Part shown: positions 25,219 to 39,812 of the stretch, piece by piece | Layout: every line of letters starts with the position of its first letter | Numbering within the stretch: the first letter of the stretch is position 1 | Origin: the human T2T-CHM13v2.0 reference genome, Homo sapiens | Length of the DNA: 64,000 nt | Direction: 5' to 3' (one strand) | Assembly (NCBI RefSeq): GCF_009914755.1 | Contig: NC_060925.1 | Notes under the pieces: model-generated | Databases searched by the model: none | Told to the model about the DNA's origin: nothing | What the model saw: only the letters and a program-made list of their open reading frames with translations | Translations under genes and position numbers: made by a program

Positions 25219-26769
25219 AGTAAGGACAATAAAAGCACAATAGGCCTGTTGTTTGTACTGAAACTCTCTAACTGTGAATTTGCCCATGATTGGTTTGTGA
25301 AACAAGCTGTAATTTACATGCAGCTAAATCTTTTCTTGTAGTCTGTTTCAATAAGTCATTTACAGGGTGAGTTTGGGAAGGTTTGTGAAAGCATTTGTTC
25401 TCAAGACCAAGCAAAATATTTTAATTCAGCTTTAACAGAACAAAACAAAACTGTTATTTTACTTTGAAGTATGTTTCCAAGTTTGAATATCAACATGAAA
25501 CATTAATAAACATTTTTTGAAAAAGAGCAGTGATATTTCCTTACTCCTGCTAATATGCAGTGTGAAAAAGACAGAAGAAGTGGTCCCCTAACAGTGGTAG
25601 TACTCAGAGTCTAAAGATGCTTTAACTGATGATAAGAAACCAACAAACCCTAAGGTCAGTGGTGAAGAATAACCTTCTTTGGAGTGTGAAATGTTAAAGA
25701 TTTTCTTTCAAGAAACCATTAAAAAAAACACACACACACAGGGTCATCTTTGAAGTCAATAGGCACTGATTTCTATTCCATGTACCAAGTCTCCATCTCT
25801 ATCTAAAAGTATGTCACATAACCATTATTTACAGACTACTTCTGAGTTATCAAGGAATACTCAATCACGTCCAATTATTTATCTATAGATAGTTGCATAT
25901 TGGTTATAGTTACAAAAACACTTTCATGCAAGAGTTTAAATTTAAACATCCCAGACATATTACAGTAATATTTATTATAAATAAGTTTAAAATGACATAA
26001 CTGACAACAAAGAAAGCATGATTATTAGTGTTATATATTTAAGTTATAGCATGAGTCATTGTTCATTTCACTTAAAAAGGTAAGTTATAAGCAATATGAA
26101 CAATAAATGCTCATTGTGGCAAATAAAAATATACGTGCTTAAAAATTAGTGGCAGATGTATTTATTTAGTGGAATTATGAGATTATTTGTGTTTTTTCTT
26201 ATTTTTCCTGTTTTCAACAATGTTAAGGTTTCACTCTTCTATTCTGTAATTAGATAATAGTTATGAGTTATATATATTATAGTTATATGTATATATATAT
26301 AAAATAATTGTGAATAATGCTCTTATTTATATAGGGATGCTTTAGCTAGAATTCTTTTTCTTTAAGAATTCTAGAAGGTCAAGGTTTTACTGTGTGGAAT
26401 AGTATTGACTATTGAAATAGAACATTACACACTAAAACTGCATGCTATTTAATCCACGTAATTAAAGCTGAAAGGATAATCAGTAATTTATTTAGCCAAA
26501 CTCTCCAATAAAGACAAATTATACAAAACAGATATACGAATGTTATCAGAAGTTATCCTAGTCTTGAGTTGACAGATTTCAAGCATAGCTTTCCAATGTT
26601 CCCACTGAAAATAAGTATCGAATATCAATGAAAGTCTTTTTTAGTGTTGCTCAAATACAGTATGTACAGAAAACTCAAATCACTTTATTTATTGGTATAA
26701 AAGTTAATTTGTACATCAAATTATACGCTCATAAAAATTTTTGATGGTTGCAAAAGTAGGTTCTACCCT

Positions 26770-27600
26770 GGGCCTCCAGATCCTGTAAGTCTTAGAACCA
26801 TGCCACTGAAACTGTTCATCAGGAATGCTATTTCTGCTAGAATCAAAAAGAAGTAAGTCAAGAGACTCTACTAGAGCTACAATTAAGGAAATAGAGAGCT
26901 ATCCAAACCATTGTGGCCACTGATTCCTAGACCCACAAATTAGTACCTGGACCTTGGAGTGCTGCTGCAGAGATACAGCATCCATAATCGGTGCATCCAT
27001 GACTATACATTGCAGCAACAGCCAAAGGGAGGAGAAGAGGTGCTGCGGACTGAAAAATTCATATGTTGAAATCCTAATTCCCAATGTGATAGTATTAGGA
27101 AGTGGCACTGTGAGGAAGTAATGAGATTATGAAGGTAAAGCTCCCATGAATGGAATTGGTGCCTTTATGAAAGAGAAGTCAGAGGGCCCTCTCTCCTTTC
27201 TGCCATGTAAGGACACAGATAGAAGATGGCTGTCTGTGAACCTGGTAGAGGGCCCCAACTAGAACCCTATCATGCTGGCAACCTGATCTTGGACTTCCAG
27301 CATACAGAACTGTGAGAAATAAATTTCTGTTGTTTATAAGCTACCTAGTCTACAGTACTTTGTTATAGCAGTTCAAACTGACTAAGACAGGGAAAAACAT
27401 CTCTCTGATTTCCATCTTCTAAAGCAAGTGCAAGTGCATCTGTATGAAGGGAATTAATTTGTATCTTGAAAGCTAAGTGTGAGGGATTCTGGGACATGTA
27501 GTTTTAATTTTTCAACATGTGCTATAAGAGAAGGTATACTAGAAAGATGAATATACTGTATTACTATACTCAATCCACTGTTCTATTCAGATGTTTAGAA
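26770..27600. mobile_element. Ancient LTR remnant (MLT1J/LTR78-like) split by MLT1A0
   Basis: gtgcatctg...gtgagggattctgggacatgtagtttt motif of old MaLR-type LTRs; family uncertain. Confidence 0.35.
27041..27389 (+). mobile_element. MLT1A0/MLT1A solo LTR
   Basis: tgctgcggactg...aattcatatgttgaaatcctaa...cctgatcttggacttccagc...gagaaataaatttctgttg...gactaagaca. Confidence 0.88.
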
Positions 27601-27699
27601 TCGTATCTCAAAACTTTTCATATAAACTTAAGTGGGTCATGTTGTAAACTGGCCATGATCTAGCAACTTGTTTTTTCTTACCAATTTTTCTGTTACTGA

Positions 27700-28095
27700 T
27701 CTTCAATTTGAAATCTTGCTTTTACCCCAAATGACTTACTCTAGTATTATTCCACATCTCATTATCCAGCTATCTTTGGATATAAAAATATCACTCCACA
27801 AAATACAGTTTCTGCCATTCTATACCCATTTGTGAATCTTTCTGTTCTTCAGGTTTTGGTTCAAATCAATGCCAAGATACTATTCTAAAAATATGACTAA
27901 TTCCATTTCCTCTTCATTCTTAATTTGATCTTAGTTTGCTTTCCAAGTATGATAGTCTTTTATTCCCTATTAGATTTCAAGGGCCTTAGAATACCAGCTA
28001 TGCTTGATGTTTATATGAGCTTTCCCTATATTAGCTAGTATAATGTTTTGTACATAGTAGATAATAAATACTAGCTACCTTATTGAATAAAATGA
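27700..28095 (+). mobile_element. L2 3' fragment
   Basis: ...gtacatagtagataataaata...ttattgaataaaatga L2 terminus. Confidence 0.45.
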
Positions 28096-30702
28096 TATGG
28101 TTAAAAACACTATATTTTACAAATTATAAATAAAACTAAATTATTTTCCAAATGCATTAGTAAAACACATTGAGATCACAGTTAAATTGTCAAGGAAATG
28201 GATAGTTTTATATAACAATGAGATTATTTCTATTATATTGAATATAACAATATATCCAATAAGAAGGATATGATAGAAATAAATGTACTTGATGTGAGTA
28301 GCTGAAAATATTTGTAAGTGGAAGATTTATGTGGATACAGAAAAAACATATTTAGAAGACTGCAATGACTATTTGATTTAAGGTCCATCATCAAGCAAAA
28401 TACAGAAGTGGTTGAGTTTGAGAAATGTTTCCAAAATGCCAATCGACTTGATTGATTTAAGGGTCTCTGGACACCTAGCTCCTAAGACGTTAAGAAGTGA
28501 GTTGAAGAAGAGATTTCTGATTCTACCAGGAAAAAAAAATGGTGTCATGTAAAGGAATAAGTCCAGATGACCCTAATTAGGTCAACCTGATTTCTATGAT
28601 ACATCCATTTCATTTCCAGATGTTTCCATTCCCAGCAGAGCTGCTTCTGGCAAATCAACTGTGAAGCTACTGATGTTATTTATTTAGTTAGTTATTTATG
28701 CATCTATTCATTTATTTCACTTTTAGCTGAATAATGAGTTTTAACAATAACTTTTGGCAAGCTGTGTAAAAATGCTGCAGCATATATATTTGCAAATGTA
28801 TATCACTAGATGCAATTGTAGGACTAATGTTGGAATTGAGCAAGAAGCTGTGCATTTCATTGTGCCAGCTAAAGCTAAGATGACAGGCTTTATTTCAATT
28901 TAAATAAAACCTGAAGGTAGAGCTGTGGAAAGCTGGCTCAAACTGTCTGGCATTCTGCCCAGAAGAGAGTCTTTGATAGTGTTCCTTAGACTATATTAGC
29001 TTCACCAGTTTTTCCTAGTTAACATTAAAAATTTAGTTCTCCAAACAGTATAATTCATCAGGATTTTGCAATTGTTTCATCTGCCTCCCTCTTTCCCACA
29101 TTTTATAAAGCAGTTCATTCAAATCAAGAATCTTGAATTCACAAAGTGAATAATCTACATTTTGCTGACAGTTTTCCTTTCTGAATTTAATATGATATTG
29201 TCATTCAAAACTTGGAAGTGCCATTTAATTATGTGCTACTGCAGAAAACTGAGCTCTGGGTACTGCATATTCCTAAGGCCTAAAGGGGACTTTAAAAAAA
29301 TATATTTCTTAACTTTATTTTTATGTAAGTGTTTAGGGGCTGGGGGTTACCATTCAAAGTGAAAGGTGGATTAAGAAGCATTTGTAGGTTGTGATCTGCT
29401 TATGAGAAAAACAGTCTGCCTTACATCTGCGTTATAGAAAGAAAGTACTCTCTCCACAAACGTGCCAAGAACATGAAGGAAAAAATTCATAACCCCAAAT
29501 GGACTAGCTTTTCATTTCTTATTTCTTTGGGCTCTTGGTTTCTCACGCCTTGATGTATGAGCAAAGCAATTTTCCCATGCCCCAGAGTCACAACTCTGCA
29601 GTTACCGTGAATCTTCATATTCACATTCTACCACCATCTCACCCTACAATGTCATTACTGAAGGTCATTAGCAGATATTAACATGTTCCAAAAATTAAGT
29701 CATCGAATTAATTTATTTGTGGACATCTTTTGATAATCTCATGAGATCTTGTGAATTTATTGAACAGATAGATCCCTCAGAGTCATTTAAAACCAGATCA
29801 AGGTCTCAGTTGTCTGCTCAATTCCCTTGGTCAGACAACTCTGTTGCCCCCTCTTGTCAGTGTTTTGGAGAAAAGAACCAGTAGACATTAACAAATATGT
29901 TATATTCAGCATGTATAGGAGGTTTCTTCCAATATTGAAAAAAACACCTTTCGGCTGAAAAATTCAAATTATCTCTTGATTTCTCACATATTATCTGATA
30001 ATTTTTATTTCTACTCTGGAACTTAGCTTATGTTACACTTACTTTATGGGGTAAGTTTTTAATAAACAACACTCAATTATTACTTATTCTAGAGGTGATT
30101 TCCTCTTAGACATTGCTTTGTCTCCTCTCATCTTTCAACTTACCTGGCTTCTTTGCCATTGTTTAAAGCTTCATGCAGCAAAGATTTAGTGATCACTTAC
30201 TATGTGCAGGGTCTCATATTTAGATGCTGTGATGGGTGCACTTTTAGTTACTATGCTTTTTCTTTTCCAAGTAAAATAGTAGAAATGTAAGAGACACCAA
30301 GATTTTCATGGATTGCTGTATAGTTTTGTTTTATTTATTCTTTTTCTGGCAGTGAGAGACCCCTCAGCTCTCTCTTAATCTGAATGGCCAAGGCTATAAT
30401 TACTCTTTCCAACAAATAAGTATGTCTTTCAGAAAGAAAAGTAATATAAATTTTAAGTTAAATATAGAAATTTCTTACTAGGTTATAAATATCGTTAACA
30501 GATACAACATAGACTCTTATAGACGATTTTTACGTCAACAAATAAGGACTTGAATTCAGAGTTTAATAATTAAATAAAACCAAATGTTGTCAGCTAAATT
30601 AAAATAATGAGAGATACTGAGATTCTGATGGAATACACTTTTGCCGTCTTTTTAATAAGCCTCAGAAGATTACTTACCGTAGTTTCTAAATGGTGAATAA
30701 CA

Positions 30703-31501
<799 letters not shown>

Positions 31502-31889
31502 GTAATATTGGTGAGAAGAGCATTTACATTTTATCAATATTTTTATCTACTTTAGAAATTTAGAATGTTACAATTACTTTCAATCTTCATGTCTCTAGAG
31601 CTTTCAAATGTATACTATATAAAACAAAAAACAATATTTTGTGGAAATTTTGAATACAGATAATCTGTTCTTGATGGACTAAATGCATATTTTAAAATAT
31701 TAAAAAATTCTATATTTTTTCCATTGATATATTAAACTAAGAGTTTTTCCTGAAGTTACTACTTTTGTTTTGACAAGGGAAAGGGTTAGGTGATTTTCAT
31801 TGGATGCATCAAGTTCTAACTCTTAAAGATTATAATTCATTAAAAACAAATAAATATATTAATAACACAGTCACATTCTGTTCCATATC

Positions 31890-32313
31890 TGATATGTTGG
31901 GATCTGTTCCCCACCCAAATCTCATGTTCAATTGCATTCCCCAAAGTTGAAGATGGGGCCTGATGGGACGTGATTGGATAATGGGGAGCGGACTTTTCAT
32001 GAATGGTTAACACCATCTCCTTGGTGCTGTTCTCATGATAGTGAGTGAGTTTTCATAAGATCTGGTTGTTTTAAAGTGTGTTGCACCTCCCCCCTTCTCT
32101 CTCTTCCTCCTTCTCCAGCCACTTAAGATAAGTCTGCTTCTTCTTCACCTTCTGCCATGATTGTAAATTTCCAGTGGTTGTCCCAGAAACCAAGCAGGTG
32201 GCTAGCATCTTGCTTCCTCTACATCCTGTGGAACCATGAGCCAATTAAACCTCTTTATAAATTACTCCAGTCTCAATTATTTCTTTATAGCAATGTGAGA
32301 ATGGACTAATAGA
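31890..32313 (+). mobile_element. MSTA solo LTR
   Basis: tgatatg...cccaaatctcatgtt...atgaatggttaacaccatc...gaaccatgagccaattaaacc...ggactaataga. Confidence 0.9.
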
Positions 32314-32640
32314 GTGTCTAAGTTTAAAAATGCTCTTAAGACCAAGCAAGAGAGAGATGGACTTCCAGACGGTGGTGTGAGTTGTGCTGCAGACTTTCTC
32401 TCTAGTGAAATAGCCATTTACCACTGAAAAGTAATTAAGCAAACAAATAAACGAAAAACTAAAGTCTCTGGAAATTATACTAAAGGCATATAACAAATGG
32501 AAAAACATCTATTGATGAAAATCCACTAAATCTCAGTAAGAACAATGAAAGTCTGTGGCATTTAAGCTCAACCTTCTCCATATCTCAAGGTGACAAAAGT
32601 TCTACCCAGGTGCAGTAGGCCAAGAATACTAGGTTTTCTG

Positions 32641-32880
32641 TTCCTGTGTTAATTTGCTTATAAGTGGGAGCTAAATATTGAGTATACACAGACACAAAGA
32701 TGGGAATAATACAGTGAGAACTGCTAGAGGGAGGGAAGATTGGAAGGGGAGTAAGGGTTGAAAAACTAACATCAGACAATGCTCACTACTTGGTGACAGG
32801 ATCATTTGTACATCAAAACCAAGAGCCACACAATTTACTCATGTAACAAACCTGCACATGTACCCCCTCTTAACCTAAAA
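32641..32880 (+). mobile_element. L1PA15/16 or L1PB4 3' end
   Basis: cttataagtgggagctaaa...caatttactcatgtaacaaacctgcacatgtacccc; degenerate TSD aagaatactaggttttctg / aataatactgagtttctg. Confidence 0.8.
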
Positions 32881-34079
32881 AATAATACTGAGTTTCTGGC
32901 CCAGAACAATTCTAGGACAGAAGTTTCATGTCAGGAGGGGTAAGCTGAGAAGATCAGAGGCTTTTTCTTCTGCTCTGTGCTTTGTTTATAGAACAGGGAT
33001 GAAAATTTGAGAAGCAGATGGTGTCCCAATCCCAGCTGCAGTGCAGTGGCACAAAAGTACTGACTAGGGGGAGGCCAGGCCTTAAGAACAACGCTCTTGA
33101 TTGTTCAGCTTAAGGGCACTGAACTTATTTGGTACAGAGTGTGATTAAGTTTATTCCTAAGGGTGTTGTTGGAAACAATGGAGATATTGGTGAGAAATTA
33201 AGAGGAGTAATCTCATTTAACAACTTGAGATTTATGGTAATGAAATATTAGAATAGCTAGAAGTTTAACAGGGAAAGAGGTACTCAAAATAGCTCTTGAG
33301 TATAAGAGCAGCCTCAAAGACTGGCAACACTCTGTCCTTGCAAAGGGGCACTATTTTGAGGGATCAGAATGTGGAACAATTTAGGCTCCAGGGCATTTAT
33401 GTGAAAACAATATAGCAATATAGCAATCAGTTAGAAACTGGTAGAAGCTGACAGTTGGCTGTGATACCAATAGAGTCAGGCCAAAGTAGGTGTTCAGGAA
33501 GAGTGTATATATATATATATATATGCCCAAGGCTTTGTAATCTATGGAATGACATAGAGGCTGTACAAGGCAGGAAGAAGAAAGAGAGCGTCGGTATTCA
33601 GGTTGCTACACTGCATTTATCTAAATGTTGGGTTTCAACACAAATTCATGAGAAATGCAAAGAAACAAGAATGTGTGACCTGTGCAAAGAAGAAAAAGCA
33701 GGCAAAAAAAACTGCCTGTGAAGTAGTTCAAATAGTGGATTTAGTAAACAGAAACTTAAAAAGCAGATACTATAAATATGTTCAAAGAACTAAAGAAGTC
33801 TAAAGGTTTAAAGGAAGGTGTAATAACAATGTCTCTATTAAGTGGATAGTAACAATCAAGATATAGAAATTATTTTTTAAAAAAGAGTCAAATGGATATT
33901 ATGGAGGTGAAGAGTACAATAACTAAAATAATAAATGCACTAGAGAGCCTCACCAGTAGATTTGAGCTGCCAGAGGAAAAATATCAGTGAACGTGAAGAC
34001 AGATCAATAGTGATTATGCAATCTAAAGAGCAGAGAGAAAAAAATGAAGACATCACTTGTTGCTTGTTTGGTTGATTAA

Positions 34080-34457
34080 TGATATGTTTAGGCTTTGTGT
34101 CCCCACCCAAATCTCATCTTGAATTGTAATCCTCATAATCCCCATGTGTCTAGGGAGATATTTAGAGGGAGGTGATTGGATCATGGGGGGTGGTTTCCAC
34201 TATGCTGTTCTCATGATAGTGAGTGAGTTTTTATGAGATCTGATGGCTTTATAAGCATCTGGTATTACCCCTGCTTGCACCTCTCTTGCCTGAACCCTGT
34301 AAGATGTGTCATTGCTTCTCCTTTGCCTTCCACCATGATTATAAGTTTCCTGAGGCCTCCCCAGCAATGTGGAACAGTGAGTTGATTCAGCCTCTTTCCT
34401 TTATATTACCCCTCTTTACCTTTATAAATGATAGCAGTATGAAAATGATCTAATACA
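34080..34457 (+). mobile_element. THE1D solo LTR
   Basis: tgatatgtttaggctttgtgtccccacccaaatctcatcttgaattg...taataca; TSD attaa/gttaa. Confidence 0.88.
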
Positions 34458-35252
34458 GTTAAAAATGAATTTAAGAAATGAAGTCAAATAAACAGAGACT
34501 CAGAGAAGTGTGACACATCATTAAGTGCACCCATGTATATGTAATAAGAAGAACAAAAAATGGAGAGAAAAGCAGAAAAAGTATTTAACAAAATAGTCTA
34601 AAAACTTTCCAAATCTGCTGAAAAATATTAATCTATACATCCAAGAACTCAACAAACTCAAAATAAGATAAAAGTAGGGAGTCCCAAACCCAGATACATC
34701 ATAGCCAAAAGGTTGAAAGCCAATGACAAAGAGAAAATCTTGATATCTGCAAAAGAAAATAACTCATCATATATAAGAAAATTCTCAATAAAATTAATAG
34801 TTGATCTTTTCTCAGAGACATGAGATACCAGCAAAGAGTGGGATAATATATTTAAAGAGAGAGCCAGAGTGAGAGAATAATAACTGTCAACCAAGAATAT
34901 TATAGTAGCAAACCTGTCTTTCCAAAATGAAGGCAAAATAAGACATTCTCAGATAAACAAAAACATAAAATTCATTGCTAGCATACTGCCTTAAAAGAAA
35001 TATTAAATGAAGTTTCTCAGGCTCAAATCCAGTAAGTCCACACAATATTTCAAATCCACACTAAAAAATAGCCCCAATTACTCTAATTATGTAGATAATG
35101 GTAAAAACACTTGAATACAAGTATATTAGTAATAACATTAAATGTGAATAGATTAAAAAGTCCAATCCACAGGTAGAAATTGTCAGATGACAAAAAAGTC
35201 AAAATCAAACTATATCCTGTCAATAGGAGACACAAAACAAACACATGTTGTC

Positions 35253-35406
35253 TTATTTTTATATTTATTTTTTACTATTTAGACCAGGTTTTACTCTGTC
35301 ACCCAGGTTGGAGTGTAGTGGCACAATCTCAGCTCACTGCATCCTCTACTTACTGGGTTCAGTGTTTCTCCAGCCTCAGCCTCCTGAGTAGCTGGGACTA
35401 TAGGTG
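35253..35406 (-). mobile_element. Alu right-arm fragment (old J/S type)
   Basis: T-rich tail, then ctctgtcacccaggttggagtgtagtggc...gtagctgggactataggtg; truncated. Confidence 0.88.
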
Positions 35407-35455
35407 ACAAGAGCGAAACTCTGTCTCAAAAATAAATAAATAAATAAAATAAAAT
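35403..35455 (+). mobile_element. Alu 3' terminal fragment (Sq/Sp-like) + (TAAA)n tail
   Basis: ggtgacaagagcgaaactctgtctcaaaaataaataaataaataaa. Confidence 0.85.
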
Positions 35456-36226
35456 TAACAAAAACTGATTACAAACCAAAAAAATTCACTAGAGACAAAG
35501 ATGGACATTTTAAAAGGATAAAAGGGTTTATGTCCCAACAACAACAGAATACACGTTACTCTCTGGTACACATAAAATATTTACTCAGAGTAGATCACAT
35601 GCTAACAAATAAATCAAGCTCAATAAATTTAACAGGATTGAAATCATGTAAAATATATTCTCTGACTCAATGAAATTAAGTTAGAAATTGATAACAAAAT
35701 AAAATTTGAGAAATGTATAAATATGTAAAAATTAAACAACATAGTCCTAAATCACCAATGGGTGAAAAATGATTACAGGAAAAATTAGAAAATATTTGAG
35801 ATAAGTGAAAACTAAAGCTTAACATATCAAAATGTATGGTATTCAGCTAAAGCAGCACTTATGAGAAAACTTACAACTATAAATGCTTATATTACTAGAG
35901 AAAAATGATCTCAAATAAACAATCTAACCTTTCTTTCTAAGAAACTTGAAGAGAAAATAACCACAAAGCAATCAGAAGGAAGAAAATAAGAGATTATTTT
36001 AAGAAATTAAATGCAATGGAGAAAAGAAAAAGAGAAAGTCAACAAACTAAAGCTGGTTCTTTAAAAATTGAACGTGCAAAAATACCACAAAAACTAAGAT
36101 TGATGAGAGGGAGAACTAAAATTATTAAAATTAGGAATAAAATGGGGAACTAACTACTGACTACAATCATTTTTAAAAGGACTATAAGGAAATACTATGA
36201 AAAAATTTTGTGCTAATAAACTAGTT

Positions 36227-36280
36227 TGTGGAATATGTATGTATAGAGAGTATATATACACACACACACATATGTATATA

Positions 36281-36314
<34 letters not shown>

Positions 36315-37213
36315 TATATACATGACTCTGCCCCTTATTCCTGACACAGAGCTCCTAAAATCCTTGTGTATAGATATGCGCAAGGAGAAATTTTTGTTTT
36401 AATACTCTGTCTTCTACTTCAGTTCCTAATACAGAATTCCTGAGACCTTTGTAATTTCCTAGGTGACAGAAGAGTCTTTTGTTCTAATGAGGCCACTCTT
36501 GCTGGGCTCCTGGATGAGGGCTGGTCACCAGAAAGACCAAACCATGATTATAAGCTTGGAACTTTCAGCCCCAAATCACATTCTCTTGAAAGGAAAGAGA
36601 GGCTGGAGATTGAGTTAATAATTGATCATGCCTATGTGATGAAGCCTACATAAAAATCTCTGAAGTACAGAGTTTAGAGAGCTTTTTGGACTGATGAACA
36701 CATGTATGTGCCAGGAGGGTGGCACACCTGAAATCCACAGGGACAGAAGCTCTGGTAGTCAGAACCCTTCTAAACCTCACCCTATGTGTCTCTTCATCTG
36801 GCTGTTCTTCTATATCATTTATCATATCCTTCATTAATATAATGAACTAGTATACATAAGTAAATGTTTCTCTGAGTTTTGTAAGCCATCCTAGCAAATT
36901 AATTGAACCTGAGGAGGGGGTTGTGGGAACCTGATTTACGTTGGTTGGTCAGAAATATAAGTGACAGCCTGCTACTTTTGATTTGCACTTAAAATAGGGG
37001 GCAGTATTGTAGGACTGAGCCCTTATCCCATGAGGTCTGCCTGTAATTCCAGGTAGCTAGTGTCAGAATTAAATTGAATTATAGGACACCCAGTTGGGAT
37101 TTGCTGGAGAATTACTTGATGTTGGGGAAAACTTACACATGTTTTATTCATAGAAATGTTCTGTGTTGAGTGATGGGCATGAGGAAACAGTTTATTTTTT
37201 CCTATCTCTTACA
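36227..37213 (+). mobile_element. MER21A/B LTR with internal (CA/TA)n
   Basis: ttcctgacacagagctcctaaaatccttg...gggctggtcaccagaaagaccaa...ggagggtggcacacc...cagggacagaagctc; microsatellite 36250-36322. Confidence 0.85.
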
Positions 37214-37299
37214 AAGATAAAATAGACAAAAATGGATAAATTCTGAGAAAGACACAGACTACTAAAACTGATTCAAGCAGAAAAAAGACATATATATAT

Positions 37300-37426
37300 A
37301 CGAGTTAATGGGTGCAGCACACCAACATGGCACATGTATACATATGTAACAAATCTGCATGTTGTGCACATGTACCCTAGAACTTAAAATATAGTAAAAA
37401 AAGTAAAAATAAAAATAAATAAAAAA
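37300..37426 (+). mobile_element. L1PA (L1PA4/5-like) short 3' end
   Basis: acgagttaatgggtgcagcacaccaacatggcacatgtatacatatgtaac...ccctagaacttaaa + A tail. Confidence 0.88.
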
Positions 37427-37486
37427 GAACAAATAATCTTAACAAGCAAAGAGATTGAATTAATACTTAAAAAATACAAAAAACTC

Positions 37487-38517
37487 GACATTGAGTGGGA
37501 GTTTATAGAAAAGCAATGGGTGGGTAAGAAGGTGATATTAGAGTCAGAGTCATACGTATAAACTCATGTTTAGTTTAATATAGATACAGATGATTACACA
37601 TAGAAATATTTATAGATACATGTATATATATGCATTAGTATGCACTCACTTATTTCCTTGCTCCATCAGTTAAGAAGGCTTGGAAGCAATGACATGTTGG
37701 AAGCAATAAACACATCTAGGGCCCAAATTTTGGTTTCTAATATTATTCTCCAATAAGAGAAACCAGGGTTTATTGTAGAAATGACTAATTCTAGGGCTGG
37801 GACAGAAAATATTTAAAATGAGCCTGGAGCATCTCATAATACCAGAATGTAAGAAAGTGTTAAAATGTTAATTATGATAACAATTAATAACAATGATAAT
37901 AATATTAATACAACCCACAATGTTGATAGTATGTCAAAACACAAGTGCCAAATGAAAGAGCTTCCAGTGGCCAAAAGGTAGAACAATTTGAGCAAGAAAA
38001 TAAATAACTCTGTATTGGATTACAATCCAAGTATTAAATAAATATCCATAAGTCTATCTTGAAATAAACAAACAAAACAAACAATTGAATAAATAGAGAA
38101 AAAGATAAATGTTTCATACTGAAGAATTCCAAATAATTTGTATACATACTACATTATCAAGGTGGTGGAGTTAAGTCTGGATTACACATAGAGCCTTTTT
38201 TTCCAAAGAGTATGGAATATAGAAATAAAAGAGCAATCTTACAGTAGAGAAACCTGACAAACATTACTTCAATCTGTTAATCAAGGTTAATATCAATAGT
38301 GATTTCATGTTGACAGTATAGGCCCTTGAAACAATGTGGTTAAATAATGTGGTTAAAATGATACTTAAACTTTCCCGTCAAAACATGCCTAACCCCAGTT
38401 TCAGCATGAGAGAAACATCAGAAAAATCCCAAATTGAGAGGCATTATACAAAATGCCTGACCAGAATTCCTCAAAACTGTCAAGGTTATTGTAAGAAAGT
38501 CTAAGAAATATTCCACG
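37487..38517 (+). mobile_element. L1MC3-like 3'UTR internal fragment lacking the terminus and poly(A)
   Basis: gcccaaattttggtttctaa...ctccaataagagaaaccaggg...gagaaacatcagaaaaatcccaaattgagaggcatt...ctcaaaactgtcaagg. Confidence 0.75.
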
Positions 38518-39056
38518 AAACTCACAAAGTAAAGCCTAGACCTAGATGCCTTCACCATTGAATCCTACCAACCTTTTAAATAAGAATTAATACCAGTTTT
38601 TCACAAAATTTTCAAAAAATAAAAGAGGAGAGAATATAAGTAATTCTATGAGGCCAGTATTACCATGACATCAAAACCAAACAAAGACATAACAAGGAAA
38701 GAAAATTACAGAGCAATATTTCTTATGAAAACTGACACAAAAATCCTCAAAAAAAATAATAAAACTAGCAAGCTGAATGTAGAAATTGGAGAAAGGATTG
38801 TACTGTATGAGCAAGTGAGATTATCACAGGGCCATCAGTTGTTTTAACATTGAAAATCAATCAGTATAATATACCATATTAACAGAATAAAGAATAAATA
38901 TCACACAATTATCTCAATAGATAAAAAAATTTCACAAAATTTAGTAAGCTATCGTGATGAAAACATTAAACAAACAAAAATACAAGGGAACTGTCTCAAC
39001 CTGATAAACATCTATTAAAAAATCACAACTAACATCATGTTAATGATGAAAAATAG

Positions 39057-39591
39057 TATACAGATCAAGTTAAAATTTCCCCTTCACCTTCTGATTTTCA
39101 ATTTTAAAAATCAGCTGATAAAAGGCAGATTAGTAGAGAAATGGTATACAAATTTATCAACATGCATGTGGAAGTACCAGAGAATGATTACCTCAACAAT
39201 GGAGTACTAAGCTTGTATACCATTTTGAGGTTGCAGAAAGAATGGGTGCTTGGATAATGACAAAACAGGTTATTGTAGAGGGAGAAGAGAAGGCTTTGCT
39301 AGCAAAGGTGGCCTTGTTATGCAGATAAAACCTCACAGTAGCAGCCAACAGAGAGAATAAATGGTGAATATTTCTTTCAGACCTTCAAAGGTGTCAGCTT
39401 GTGAGTTAATTTTTCCTAGATCAGCTCTTAGAAAAAGTCTAGCTGCATCAATGGCAGATATTCTCTGCAGTTAAAAATCCTCCCACAAAAGACACATTTT
39501 AGCTATTCTTGTATTTTCAGTCCTTCTAGATAGCCAACTTGAATTATGTCATGAAATTGTAATTCGGGGTGAAATATTTTTGTTTCCTTCA
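39057..39591 (-). mobile_element. ERV1 MER4-group LTR (LTR23/LTR24-like)
   Basis: Reverse complement starts tgaaggaaacaaaaatatttcacccc; shares caaggccacctttgcta and cattctttc blocks with the LTR at 15415. Confidence 0.75.
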
Positions 39592-39812
39592 GTTGCTTAC
39601 TTTCCCTCTAAGATCAGCAACAAGGCAAGTATGTTTGCTTCTGCCTCTTCTGTTTAACACTTTATTGGAGATTCTAATCTTGACAAATAGGCAAAAAAAG
39701 AAATAAAAGGCATCCATATTTGAAATAAAGAAGTAAAACTTTATTTGCCAATGATATTATGGTCTTGTATATAAAGAATCCACTAGAAAACCATTAGAAA
39801 TGATAAAATTTG

